From NCBI GenBank assembly GCA_036172245.1, contig JAYWIR010000013.1, positions 1 to 64,000 of the forward strand: DNA of 64,000 nucleotides, given 5' to 3'. A program made the translations under genes and the position numbers. The DNA comes from Raillietiella orientalis. Lineage: Eukaryota. Below, in pieces: positions 1 through 11,149 of the stretch. Positions within the stretch are counted from its first letter, which is position 1, and each line of letters opens with the position of its first letter. The notes under the pieces are model-generated. The model was not told where the DNA came from. It worked only from the letters and a program-made list of their open reading frames with translations, and made no database searches.

Positions 1-230
1 AACAACAGTCGGCACTGCTGTTCCCGCTCCCTCCCCAGTTTTGTTTATTTTTCGTTTTTTTTTTTGTTAGATTTCCCCTCCCCTCTGCTGCCGAGGTCAA
101 CCACGCCGGTCTGCGCACCGATAGCCCGGCAAGCTGATACTTTCTAGGGCGTGGCTGGACTACTGGTCCAGTCACAGTGTAGATAAGTTTATTTGCAAAA
201 ATAAACGTCCCGGCGCAACCGGGATTAAAT
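1..230 (+). mobile_element. 3' UTR/terminus of an L1/Tx1-like LINE (cut by the window edge)
   Basis: T/C-rich tract ending in AATAAA(200-205)-CGTCCCGG-CGCAA-CCGGGAT, nearly identical to the terminus at 2021-2050 that follows a recognisable LINE ORF2 C-terminus. Confidence 0.6.
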
Positions 231-344
231 GAAACCCTCCGTGAGTGCACGGTGGCACTGGAGCGCGTCGCCGTTCCTGAGGCTGTCACCCGTTGTGAAG
301 AGCCTCCCGTCGCCGTTTTCGCCGCGCCTGAGGACTCCGGTTTG

Positions 345-960
345 TATTTAGGGTATAGGGCATAGTTCCCTGTGACTTTGGTACATATGTTCAGGTCAAA
401 GATTTCCTTCGAGGTTCTCTGCTGGATACGAAGAAGGGTAGGGCAAGGAGAATAAGGGTTGATGTATATGTCGCTGGAAAATTTTATAATTGCTGTACAT
501 AGATGCACAGAGATCGCGGTAATTGTTCTTTGAGGGATTGCGAGCAATTTTAGTAGCCTATCATTTTCGGGATCCCATGAGCTGAGCGCACCAATTAGAA
601 ATGCTTGGTTGATGGTACGCAAGACTTGAGTCCTAAGGACGCTCTCGATCTCTGCGTACTTCAGGATCTTGGTTTTCCTTGCACGCTGTAGCGATGATAT
701 ACGATTTTCAGATGAGATGACAACGTGGACGCATTCTTCGCAAAAATATTGAAGGGATTCAACATATCCATTTGGCGATCCTTTTGAGCAACGGGTCATC
801 GAGGGGAGAGAATCATGATCAAGGTATCGACAACAACATTGAGTCATTGAATGATCATTGTCCCAAGATAAACTGGACAGTGACACAGGACATGCGCCAA
901 TGTTTCTTTTGCACATCCACATCATCATTTCTTTTACACAGCCACATTTTACATCACCCA
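345..960 (-). mobile_element. C-terminal fragment of an RLE-type non-LTR retrotransposon (NeSL/Utopia/R2 group), degenerate
   Basis: Minus-strand translation gives a zinc-knuckle remnant CAKETLAHVLCHCP, then RKTKILKYAEIESVLR...AFLIGALSSWDPENDRLLKLL...IKFSSDIY. This matches the K..KY, GALGSW.P.ND and SRDIY motifs of restriction-like endonuclease domains. Frameshifts and stops are present. Confidence 0.7.
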
Positions 961-964
961 CATT

Positions 965-2052
965 CCGTACTGTACGGTGGATGAGGTCTGGAACAGCCAG
1001 AACGCCTGGCTGCCACGTTCTTCGTCGAAACACTGTCTGCCCTCGAGGTTCGAGAAGAGAGTAGCCAACCGGCAAGGTGGAAGTTCTCCTGCACCATCGC
1101 GGGTAGAACGAGACGCATCCGCGAATAGGACACGAGCGAGCTGGCGGATGCCGCCACTCCTCGTGCTACAGCAGAGGGATTACTTCGGTGGGGAGAAGCT
1201 CTTGTTGTTGCTCTTGAGAAACTGATAGTTCCTCCCTGCTGTTTGGACGGTTCGGTGTTTCCCCTTGCATGGAAGCAAGACGTCCTGCTCTTCTTGTACT
1301 GGGGCTTGCGTTACAACGAGCGGCGTCACCGAGTTTCCGGTGGGGTGGCTTCTCCCTACTGTGCCCGGTGCGGGGCGACGGAGTCGTTCCCGCACCTTGT
1401 TTTGGACTGCGGTGCCCTCTAGGAACTCCGGCGGAGGTTGGCAGTAGCACTCCTACCACCGGAGGACACCGCCCGAGAAGTGCTGCGACGGTTTTTCCAA
1501 CCGCAAGGACTTTCGACGGCTGCGATGATTTCCACAGTTGGTTGCATCCGCGCCATCGTCACGGTCCGAGACGTGCTGGAGAAAACTGGCCAGCGATGCT
1601 GTGTCACCAGGAAGGCAGCCGACTTCATCATTGCGGCAGCTAAGTGGCGACAATTGAGCAAAAACGTAATGGAGGAGCTCATCGGCATCCATCTTAGGAT
1701 TAAGCACGGTTTGGAACGAGGAACCCGGTGATCCACCCCTATTCCCTTTAACTCGATTTTTGTTCTCGCGTCCCTCCTACCATTCGCTCCGTAGTGCTTT
1801 TGGTGCTTTTCCTCTTTGTTTTTACCGGTGACTGCGGAGCGCCACCAAAGTCCCCTGGCCCATCCCTCCCATTTCGACATTTCTTTTTTTGTTGGTAGTC
1901 CCCTCCTCCCCCGTTCGTTCAGGTCCTTCCGTTTTCCTGGCCAGTGCGCCAGTGGTGTATCTCCGTTGCTGGTTGTTGTAGTCGTTGGCTGAAAACGGCT
2001 GTTTCCAGCCAGTTTATGTTAATAAACGTCCCGGCGTAACAGGATAAAAAAA
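965..2052 (+). mobile_element. 3' part of an L1/Tx1-like LINE (ORF2 C-terminal zinc finger + 3' UTR)
   Basis: SPYCARCGATESFPHLVLDC (C-x2-C-x7-H-x4-C) near 1350-1410; C-terminal ORF 1438-1731; pyrimidine-rich UTR; AATAAA at 2021-2026, then a hairpin and an A-run. Confidence 0.7.
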
Positions 2053-2081
2053 TTTAATTTTCGCCTTCATGGGAGACGGAT

Positions 2082-3400
2082 GTGGATTCGTGTTGCTCCG
2101 TTGATCCGCTGTTTAATTGTGCTTGTGCGTCCCACTGCCTAGTCCTGAGGATGAGCAGTGAACAACGCAACGTGGAAGTTGTCGAGCCAGTGGTTCAGGA
2201 ATTTCCCACTGCGGGAACGATGGCGACAACCTGTGCGAGCCCCGCGACACCGGCCAGGAGCTTCGCGGACCTGGCTGCATCTGCAGCCGTACAAGGACGC
2301 CTCCTCGAGCAGGCGGAGTTGCAGGCATATGTAGCCCAGGGCTACAAACCTACTCTCCGCTATAATGTAAGTGGGGTAGGCAAGGCTGGAGAAGAGTTCG
2401 CGGGCGAACTTTTCCGTGTGGGAGTGCGAGAGGAGGACCTCATAGCACTCATGCCTGTTCCAGCATTGGGCTATGTAAAGGTCCGATGCAAGCAGGCTGC
2501 CCTTGTGCAGCGGCTCCTCCGCACTCCTTTGTTCATCCGCGGGAAGAAAATATTTTTCACCGCGATGGACGAGTCTTTTGTCGTTGTTCTCTCGGACATC
2601 GAAACGGAGATCAACGACAAACAACTGATCACTCACGCGGTGTGGAGGAAGAGGAGTTCCTACAAGAAGTTTCCTCCTGTCCACACTGGATTTGCTTCCA
2701 TTAGAATGACCGTCCCTAACCTTCGCACACTGCCTGCTACTCTACAGGTCAACGGCACGGTCGTTCACCTGTGGATCGCAGGTAAGGTTCCCACGTGTGG
2801 GCAATGCGGCAGGGAAGTGCATCGAAGAAAACAATGCCCTTTCGCGAAGTGCCGCTATTTCAAGGAGCCCAGGAACGATCCCAGGCAGTGGCCGGATATT
2901 GAAACAAGAAGGAGAAGGCTAGATTTCGACGCGCGAAGGGGAGCGCAGGGGAGAAAACAGAAGCCCTTTAAAAACAGATGAACACGCGAAAGCTCGCGTA
3001 AACCCGGTCCGGTGGCCCCTCAAGCGGCTTCCTCTGCTGCGAAGCCCCGAAAGGGCAATCGCTCTGCCGGGAAGCCAGTTAAGAAAGGGCGCGGGGGCCC
3101 TTTCTTAACTGACAACTCTGCCGAAAGCGGAATTTCCGCTACGGGAATGTGGTCATTGAAGGCCGATAAACCGTGCAACAACGCGAAAGGAGGACAAGGG
3201 GATGGCGACAACGCGGTAACCGTCTCCATTAGTCCGTTTCTATTTCGGGGGCTTCTATGGCCACCCCCAAATAGAACGCTGGAAGCCCGGAGAAAAAAGT
3301 CGGAAAAAGCGGCGGCGCGTCGCTTAAGCACACGCCGCAACCAAGAGTGGTTTTTCCAAAGCGGCAGTTTTCTCCCTGTCCCACTTGCGGAGAGGAGAAT
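2082..3400 (+). mobile_element. ORF1 (gag-like; RRM-type region + CCHC knuckles) of an L1/Tx1-like LINE, 5' part only
   Basis: 299-aa ORF 2082-2981 with an SFADLA motif, CGQCGREVHRRKQC knuckle and a second degenerate knuckle (KCRYF..), followed by basic low-complexity sequence. Confidence 0.7.
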
Positions 3401-3427
3401 TTATTTATGTTTACACTTTGACAATGG

Positions 3428-3510
3428 TTTCTCACTTTCAGTACTTACACTTTTTCTCACTTTTCTCACTTTCAGTACTTACACTTTTTCTCACTTTTCT
3501 CACTTTTCTC
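3428..3510. repeat. Short tandem repeat: 34-nt unit x2 plus TTTTCTCAC subunits
   Basis: TTTCTCACTTTCAGTACTTACACTTTTTCTCACT at 3428-3461 and 3462-3495. Confidence 0.9.
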
Positions 3511-3519
3511 AACGTTTTG

Positions 3520-5375
3520 GAATCCTTTGCAAGATGTGATAGTATATCCAAGTTGGAATCCCTATACAGGTTCTGATTTCAATTTCCCTTTTGAGAAGAC
3601 CTTTCAATATTTCCATAGCAGGCACCTGGCTCATTCCTGTCCGCATTTTGGCCCTCCTTATCACCATACTCTTGAGAAAGAGGGCGATGGTAGTGCGGAC
3701 CATCGGGTTGTATCGTGGAACGTTGACGTCCCCTTCAAACATGCCAGCGAAAATCTCCATCTTTCGCAACGACTGCAAGTCCATCACCTGCTTTAGACTA
3801 GCCCAGTCTTGGCGCAGAGATGGGCAGGTGAGTACGTGAAGTTAATTTTCTCTGATTCCACAGGCATTGCACTTCTCCTCCTGCGGTTTTCTGGTCAAGT
3901 GTTTGGTCCTAGTGCCGCTCAGGGTGCCACCGTGATGAAACATCAGTAGCTCATCCTGAGTGTCGGGTGGTAAGTCGCTCATCCAGACCGTGGTTCCAAC
4001 CGTCAGCAGTTCCACGTGGCTGCATCCGTATCGGTTGGCGGCCGCAGACAGAGCGTTGTCGTCGTCTGGTTCCTTCATTATTGCTTCCCGTATGTTTTTC
4101 CTGGTTATCAGGAGCCAGCAGCTGGATTCTTGATTGGTCCAAACCTCTCGATATTTGTGGATGAATCTTCCCATTCTCTCCGTAGTTAGCCGATACAGCC
4201 GCATTTTTTGGCGATTGCCACTTAATGAGAACTGCTCGCAGTCCTTTATCGTGATCCTTGGATTCTCGGATATCCACTTCCTGGTGTCCTAAGGGACGTG
4301 TAAAAACCACGGGATAATCCTAAGCATTTCGCTCTCCCAAATTCCTTACTTCTAGGCACTATTTTGAGGTGATGGGTGTTCACCAGTGCATGTTTCCGCA
4401 TCCAAGTGGGTCGATGTTTCTCCACTGTCCTTGTTTGCCTATTAGGGCGAACATCAGGCCTTTCGAATTGTTGACCAGCTGAGAGTAGGCTCTGTGCGCC
4501 GCATAAGGCCAGGCGTCCCATTTGGTGGCAAGATCCAGGATTTGTCGCACGTCCAGCAGGTGGACGGACCGTTTGAGCGATTTCATCCCGGTCCCGCCTT
4601 TGCCTTGCGGTCGGCACAAGAGTTTCAGCCTGACCCGCGGCTTAAACTCCCTCCATAGGATTCTCCGCTGCAGTTGTTCCACCTGCTGGCACGTTCCTTC
4701 GTCCACTCGACAAAAGGCTGCTCCGAAGAGCACCTTAGGAAGGAGAACTCCGTTCCACAGATTTGCCCTTTGCTTCAGGCATAAGTCGAGTCGCACGTAT
4801 TTTGCAGTCTCTTCTCTTGTTTTCCCCAGGATTCCCTTCCACATTTTCTGCAAAGCCGAGGCATCGCCGATGTGGACTCCCACGCACTTGATGTTATCCA
4901 CTACTCGGAATCCTGCTTCCGCTAAGGCGGTAAGGTCCAGGATTCCGATGGACAACAGCTGGGATTTCTGGGCCTTGATCTTCAAGCCCAAACCATTCTC
5001 CATAGATTCGACGACACCAAGGAACGCATGATGATCCTTGCCTTTCTTCAAGAGCAGATCATCCGCATATGCCAGGTGCATCAATCGGTCGTCGTCAAGG
5101 CGAATTCCTTGGATACGGCCGCCATGGTGGACCAGTGACGAACCGCTTCCATAGAAACTACGAACAGCATCGGACTAAGGGCGTCTCCCTGACTGATTCC
5201 CCTTTCCATCCTGATGTCTGCCATATCATTTCTGTTGATTCTTATCTTACAGTACTGCCATTCGAGATTCTTCTCCACATAGTCGGCGAAGTATTCTGGG
5301 TAGCCCAGTTTCCTCAGAACCTTCATCAACATTCCATGGTTCACGGTATCGAACGCCTCTAACGCAGCCCAGCAC
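3520..5375 (-). mobile_element. L1/Tx1-like LINE ORF2 remnant: reverse transcriptase through C-terminal zinc finger
   Basis: AFDTVNH, GISQGDALSPMLF, LAYADDL, ILWREFKPRVRLKLLCRPQGKGGTG and KCNACG in successive frameshifted minus-strand ORFs. The 5' side is broken off by unrelated sequence at about 5375. Confidence 0.88.
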
Positions 5376-5929
5376 GAGATTGTCGTTGTGCGCGTGTGCG
5401 GCGTTGCCGCTGTGCGATTGGTCGCTCCGTATGCTGCGCACGTGCTTCCGACGTCAGTCGATCCCAGCGTTGTTTCGCCGCGGTTTTCCGCGTTTGCAAA
5501 GCGTGCTTCCCGTTGGTGTGTGCGCCTTAGAGCTTGTTCGTTTGGTTTTGCCTCTTTGTCTACTTTTCCTGCCCAGCTTCCTTTCGCGTGTCGTAGGTTC
5601 GATGGACTGTTCTCATCGTGTTTCCGCTTGCTGCTTGTCAACGTTTGTCGCTAACCACCGGTTCTGGAAATTGTGCACTGCTTCCGGCTGTCATCTCGTT
5701 CACGTCTTCGATGCAGGCGCTTTCCTTTCGTCGTTTCCGCCTCCTGTCCTGCATTTTCCCTGCAGGCGGCCTCTTACGTGAGGGAGTAGCTCCTTTACCC
5801 GTTCCTTGGTTAAGTTTGCGAAAATCGTCGTGTGTTCGCGTTGTTTGCAGTTGAATACAGGCTGGAGAACAGGCTGTTAGAAGCAACATTCGTTTCTTGG
5901 CTGAGTTTGCTGACGTCGCGACCATGCCA

Positions 5930-6400
5930 CACTTTACTTCTATGGCATTCTTTCATTGACCTGTATAAGAGAACAACCACTCAGAAACCTTCTCTCCCGT
6001 CCCTAAGCAGTGCTGCTAGGGTGCGATCATCAAGCCGGATAGTCTGTAAAAGACGGCTCCAGCGGTTTCACGCTCAGGGAGAGACGGTATGCCTCGTCAT
6101 CATGGCTGTGCTTTCTCCGAGATTGGAGGAGTTTCGTGAGAATCACACTCTATCAAAGATCCTGATGAAGTATGATTTCACAGATTTAACCTTCTTTCAG
6201 CTGCAAATGGTAGTTTATGTCCTTTGCTGTAGTGTGTAATTATAGATGTTGATGTATTTTGGATCCTTGTTTTTTGTTAATTTGCATATTTTTTGAAATT
6301 TTTTAATGATTTTGCATATATAAAATTTAATTCTCTCTTGTTTTTATTGATTTTTGTTATCTTTTTGTTTTCTGTTTAGTTGAAGTGTTTCGAGTGAAAT
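5930..6400 (+). mobile_element. Possible LINE C-terminus with T-rich 3' UTR
   Basis: Open frame ending near 6240, followed by a long T-rich tract like the other LINE 3' UTRs here; no diagnostic motif. Confidence 0.25.
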
Positions 6401-7559
6401 AATGCTATTGTCCCTCTTTTGTTCGGTTGAGGAACTAGATCTGAATGCTGCATTTCATTACGTTGAGATGGCGCTGCGATTTCAGAACTGCGATGACTGC
6501 TGCACGTTTACTTTTCATCTGAGTAACTCAAATGGCAAGCCACTGCATGTTCCTGTCAATAGATTCACACGTGTATAGGCAGTCTTGTTGATCATATGTC
6601 TTGTTTTACGTATTATTCCTGCATTAATTTTTCCTTCCACGTTTGTCATCTGTATACTTTTATACCAAGTGAATACGTGAATTTCCGTCATGCTACTCAG
6701 GGGCCTTGTCATAATGTCCCATGTTGAATTTAACCTCTTTTTACGACGCACGAGTGGAAAAGGAAGTCTCTTTGAGATTTTTTTGTTTTCTTGGTATAGT
6801 TTATACATCACTAATATTTACTTCGTCTGCAGTCTTTGAGACTGCAATGCTTGACGGCTTTATGATTGGGGAAACGAGATGATGGAAACGACGATACATT
6901 TGGAGATCGGCACGCTCCGTAGAAGAAGGGTGGTCGAGGAAGTGCTGTTGCGGACGCGGAATCCCGGCAGAACGAGACGTCTGCCACAGATGCCAACTGC
7001 TGCCCTCCCGTGTTCAAGGATTGATGACGACCGGGGGAGCAGTGCGCCTGCGCGCTTTTGGAGGCAGCCGGTCGGGTATTTATACAGCGGAGGCGGTGCA
7101 GGTGTCGAGCGCGGAACGCGAGCTCCCTGCCCAGCTTCCACCGTGTGCTCCAGGCTCTCGACTCTCCTCAGAGGATCGTTCTTGAACTGAGGAAGTGGAC
7201 AAGGTCTTGCGGCGAGCATACCAAGACCTCGGACTCCAGAAAGCGAAGGGGAGGGCGAACACGCCGCGGCCTATCTTCGCGGCGCGTGGAGGACACGACA
7301 GGAGCCTGCGTTCCTCCCGTGGACTGCTTTATTCCCTAGTGGGACTGTCCATCCCTGCTCCCTCATTCCTCCGCGACCCATTCCACCCTCTTGCTGACGA
7401 CAGGACCGTCCTCCTCCCCTTTCCCCCTGGGAACCGGCTCGCGGGGAAGACCGTTCCCCCCTTCCCCTCTCTCTTCGTGCTTCTCGGATGTTTCCTGCGG
7501 GAGACTTTGCTTCTCTCGATCGATCGCTGCGTTTCCCCTACCTCTTCCCTAAAGATCCC

Positions 7560-9320
7560 TTAGAAAGTGCTCCTCTTCCAGAACACTCCTGCACCGGACG
7601 AAGGAGAACGCCAGTAACACGCCGAGCTGTTCCCGGGTCACAAGCGGAGAGCAGGGGATCCTTGTGATGCTTCCCGTCCTCGTCTTCGCAAGGAAGGTCT
7701 GGAGCTGCTTCTGCGCCGCTTCCTGCACGCGTCGGCGGCTCGCCCACCCTCGCTCGCACCGTTCGAGATCGTGCAGACGCGGTCGGTCCTTTCTCGTTCG
7801 CAGTTCTGCCAGCGAACCTGGGCAGGTCCGCGCGGCTTCCAGGCACGATGTATCCCCACCTGGATGCGCGGGATCCTCGGAGGGAAGCCGCAGCTGCGGG
7901 TCACCACCCCTTCCCGTCTCGATGAGGGAGAGTGACCGCTTGAGATCGGAACGCCGTCGGTCCGCCGCCACTCCCGGCCGGTCATGGATGCCGCCGCGAA
8001 ACCTCCTTGCGCACACGTGCGGGAGGATGACGGCGCGGGAGACGTAGGGCTGCCTCTTCCTGGACGCCCCTGCCCTCTCCGCCCACCGAACGTGGACGGG
8101 TATGGTCCACTTCGGAAGGAATGCGCCTCTTCATCCGAGGGTGGCCACCCCGTTCGCTCCGGAAGACGCCGACAAGGGCGCTCCGCTTCGATTGTACTTG
8201 GGCGCCAAGAGCGGGACCCTACCCTCAAGGGACGTTTCCCTGCTACGACGCTACAGCTGGGCCATTCGGTCGCGCTGAGCAAGCCCTGTTCGGTGATCAC
8301 TCGGGGGCTGCAGTGCCCTCCCACGCGGACGTCACGCGAGATCTGAGGTGACCCTGGGCGAACCACTGATGGCGCCAGAGCCGTGGGATGCGCATCGGCG
8401 CATTCCGTGGCTCCGGAGAGCCCTTGACGTGCAGATCTGAGCGTCCGCGTGGCGGCCAGTCAACCCTCTCGGGCACCGCCCGGCAGGCTCCTTGGCAACC
8501 AGTGGAGACGTTCCAAAGGCGGATCTCATCCGTTCGCCGCCAACACCCCTCCCACAGAAACGCCTCCCGTGATCCGGCTCGCAGTGCCGTCGCCTGGCAA
8601 CCGGATGTTCCGCCACGCCGAAGCGCATCTCTGCTAGCTCCCCGGAGGAGCATCCGGCATCGCCCGCGCCGTGCATCCTACTACCTTGGACACAGGCGCA
8701 ACGCAAGGTCTCCCCACCCGTCCGGCGAAGTGGCCAGCACCAACAAGTCCAAAGGCTGCTCACCACCCGGTCCACCCCTCCTCTCACTCGGCAAGTGGCG
8801 TGCTTGCTAAAGACGTGGCCCGCGAAGACGTTCCGGTCCTCGAGGGGTGCTCGCCTGACACTCTCGGCGCACGCCGACGGACGGTGCGAGCCGACCACGC
8901 AGGGAAGGCGGTGCCCTGCACCCTCGCCGCCACTCCCCCGACGAAGATACCTGACCCGGGTGCCCCAGGCGGGACGCCCCCTGCGCTGCCGCAAGCCCCA
9001 CCTGCACCGACGGGCTTTCCCGGCACAGATCCCGTGGACAGCCTCACGAACGGGCGCGACCCGCCCTGCCAACAGTCCTCCCTCGCCGCGCGCGCAGCAG
9101 CCACACCTCGCTGGCGCGTGACATCATCCCCCCCCTCCTTCTCCTCTGACGCCGCTGCTTGTTCCCCTAGCGCGCTCTGCGACTCTGTCCGCGGGCGATC
9201 CCGCTTTCCGTAGACCCCAAGAGGAAGCCCCGAAGAGGCGCACACGAGGGAGGAGTCTGCCTGCTCCCCCCCCCCCCACGGAGAGGGTGGAGGCGGCGCC
9301 CTTCCCCCTTTTAGGGGGAG
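7560..9320 (-). mobile_element. Possible highly decayed LINE ORF1/endonuclease remnant
   Basis: Cys/His knuckle-like remnants near 8560-8710 and linker-like peptides near 7560-8000; weak. Confidence 0.25.
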
Positions 9321-9599
9321 CAAGTTCAAAAAAAAAAAAAAAAAAGAAAAGACTTTAGAATTCCCGACTCGCTCGCGCTAGGGAGCGGAAAGGTCAGAGT
9401 GCGGGGATCGTCGAGGGACTTCCTGTCTGCGGCCGTGCTGGGAACCGGGGGAGTGAATGGAGCCGGGGAGCTTCCGAGAATAGGGGCAGCGCTCCCGCTT
9501 CCAGCTGTTGCGATTTCCCCGCGGGACCCCCCGACTCCTACGGTTCTGGTAGACCAAGTCGCAGCTTCACCGCCTTCTGGCGGACGGGTCTCCAGCTAG

Positions 9600-10750
9600 A
9601 AGGCGGAAAACTACGGGCGACCCCTATTCCAAGAGATTTCCCTTTGCCCTCCTCATCGACGTGCGGCTTGCCACTCGCGAGGGGCGTCCAGGAAGTCTGT
9701 CTGAGTCCTCGGAGGCCGTGCTGCAAACCCGTATCCTACAGGGGTCCTCTGGGAAGGTTCTTCCATACTACACCGCAGGGAGCGAGGTGGTGCGAACATG
9801 GGGAGGGCGTGGCACCACGGGGATGCCTCTTCCTCAGCCGAAAAGTCCTTGGACGGAAGGAGAGGGGTGGCTGCAGCAGCGCGAGGAGGAAGTCGCCCTC
9901 GGGCCGAAAATCCGCTGACCTTCCCTCAGGCACATCCCTCGATCTACCGCACCTGCCCTCCGGCTTCGGAATCACGGAAGGAAGCAGAGCGTCCTAAACG
10001 AAGCCCCCGAGCTCCTTGAGCGCTTTTCGCTTGCGTGAACGGGAAGCGCGTGTCGAGGAAGGAAGCGGTTCTCTGGAGCGAAGTCGCCAAAGAGGATGCA
10101 GATCGATAGCGCCTTGCCGCTGCCGGCCTCTTGCCCCCAAGCCTGGCCCTTCCCGAACCTTCCGTTGGAAGGGGGCCGGTCCATCGCATCCTACGATCGA
10201 GGTGCAAGAGATGGATGCTTCCTCGCTCGTCCGCCTTTGTCGGCTCCACGCCCAGGAGACTGAGCGGGAAACACGGCCTACGGTCGCGTTGGCGGCGGCA
10301 GAAAAGCTCGAAAGAGCGGTCGCAGTCGATGGAGCATTTGCTGCTGGCGCGCGGCTGGCGATGCCCCCCGTGACGAATTTTTCTTTTTTTCCCGTTTTTT
10401 TCCCGCAACTGCTCCGATCCGCTTTCAGAGAAAATCCTTCGCCGTTGGCACCTCCCAGTGAGGCCGGCGGTACTCAGCGGCAGGTGTTCAGCTGGGGCTA
10501 GGGATGACGGGACGGCATGGCGCGCTCCTCGCTCGCCGCCATCCCTTCCAGCGAGACTGCGTACGTTCCTGCCATCTACGATCGATCCAACGAAGCAATC
10601 GGAAGCCAAGCGGAAGTCGCGCAGGCATTCGTCGCGTCTTGGCAAGCAGAAGGGCAGCGACAGGAGCACCTCCAAGCGACGGCGCAACGAGATCCTCCTA
10701 AGTGGCAACAACTGTCTTCAGCTTCTAATCTCCCGGAGTCGCAGCTTGTC
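9600..10750 (+). mobile_element. Possible decayed LINE ORF2 endonuclease/linker remnant
   Basis: VQEVCL (QET-like) motif and AIYDRSNEAIGSQAEVAQAFVASW, which resembles the EN-RT linker; many frameshifts. Confidence 0.3.
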
Positions 10751-11149
10751 AGGGGGAAACTTGCACAGGCGCGCGTACTTATTGCGAAGAGGTTCGATAT
10801 CTCTGCTCACGCGAAATGGCCGAACGTGCTCCGCGTGCTTCCGAGACGTTTCCTGCTTGCCCCGGAGCGATTTCTTTCCCTTGTCTCGCATATCTGGCTC
10901 CATTTTGCGCCCTGCAGGGAAACCGCCCCGAGATTTCCGGCTGCGCTCGCCTCGCCATCTCGTAGAAGAACGAGCAACTCCTCCGGGTTCCGAGTTGGCT
11001 GCTCTGCACTTCATCTCCTCTCTCGCCGTGTTCGGTTGCTTCCGCTTGACCGAGCCTTCCGTACTTCCTACACGCAGCTCCGGGGGAGGAAGGACGGGGA
11101 GAAATCGCTCCTCACATTCTCAATCCTTCAACCCTGAACCTAGGATCGG

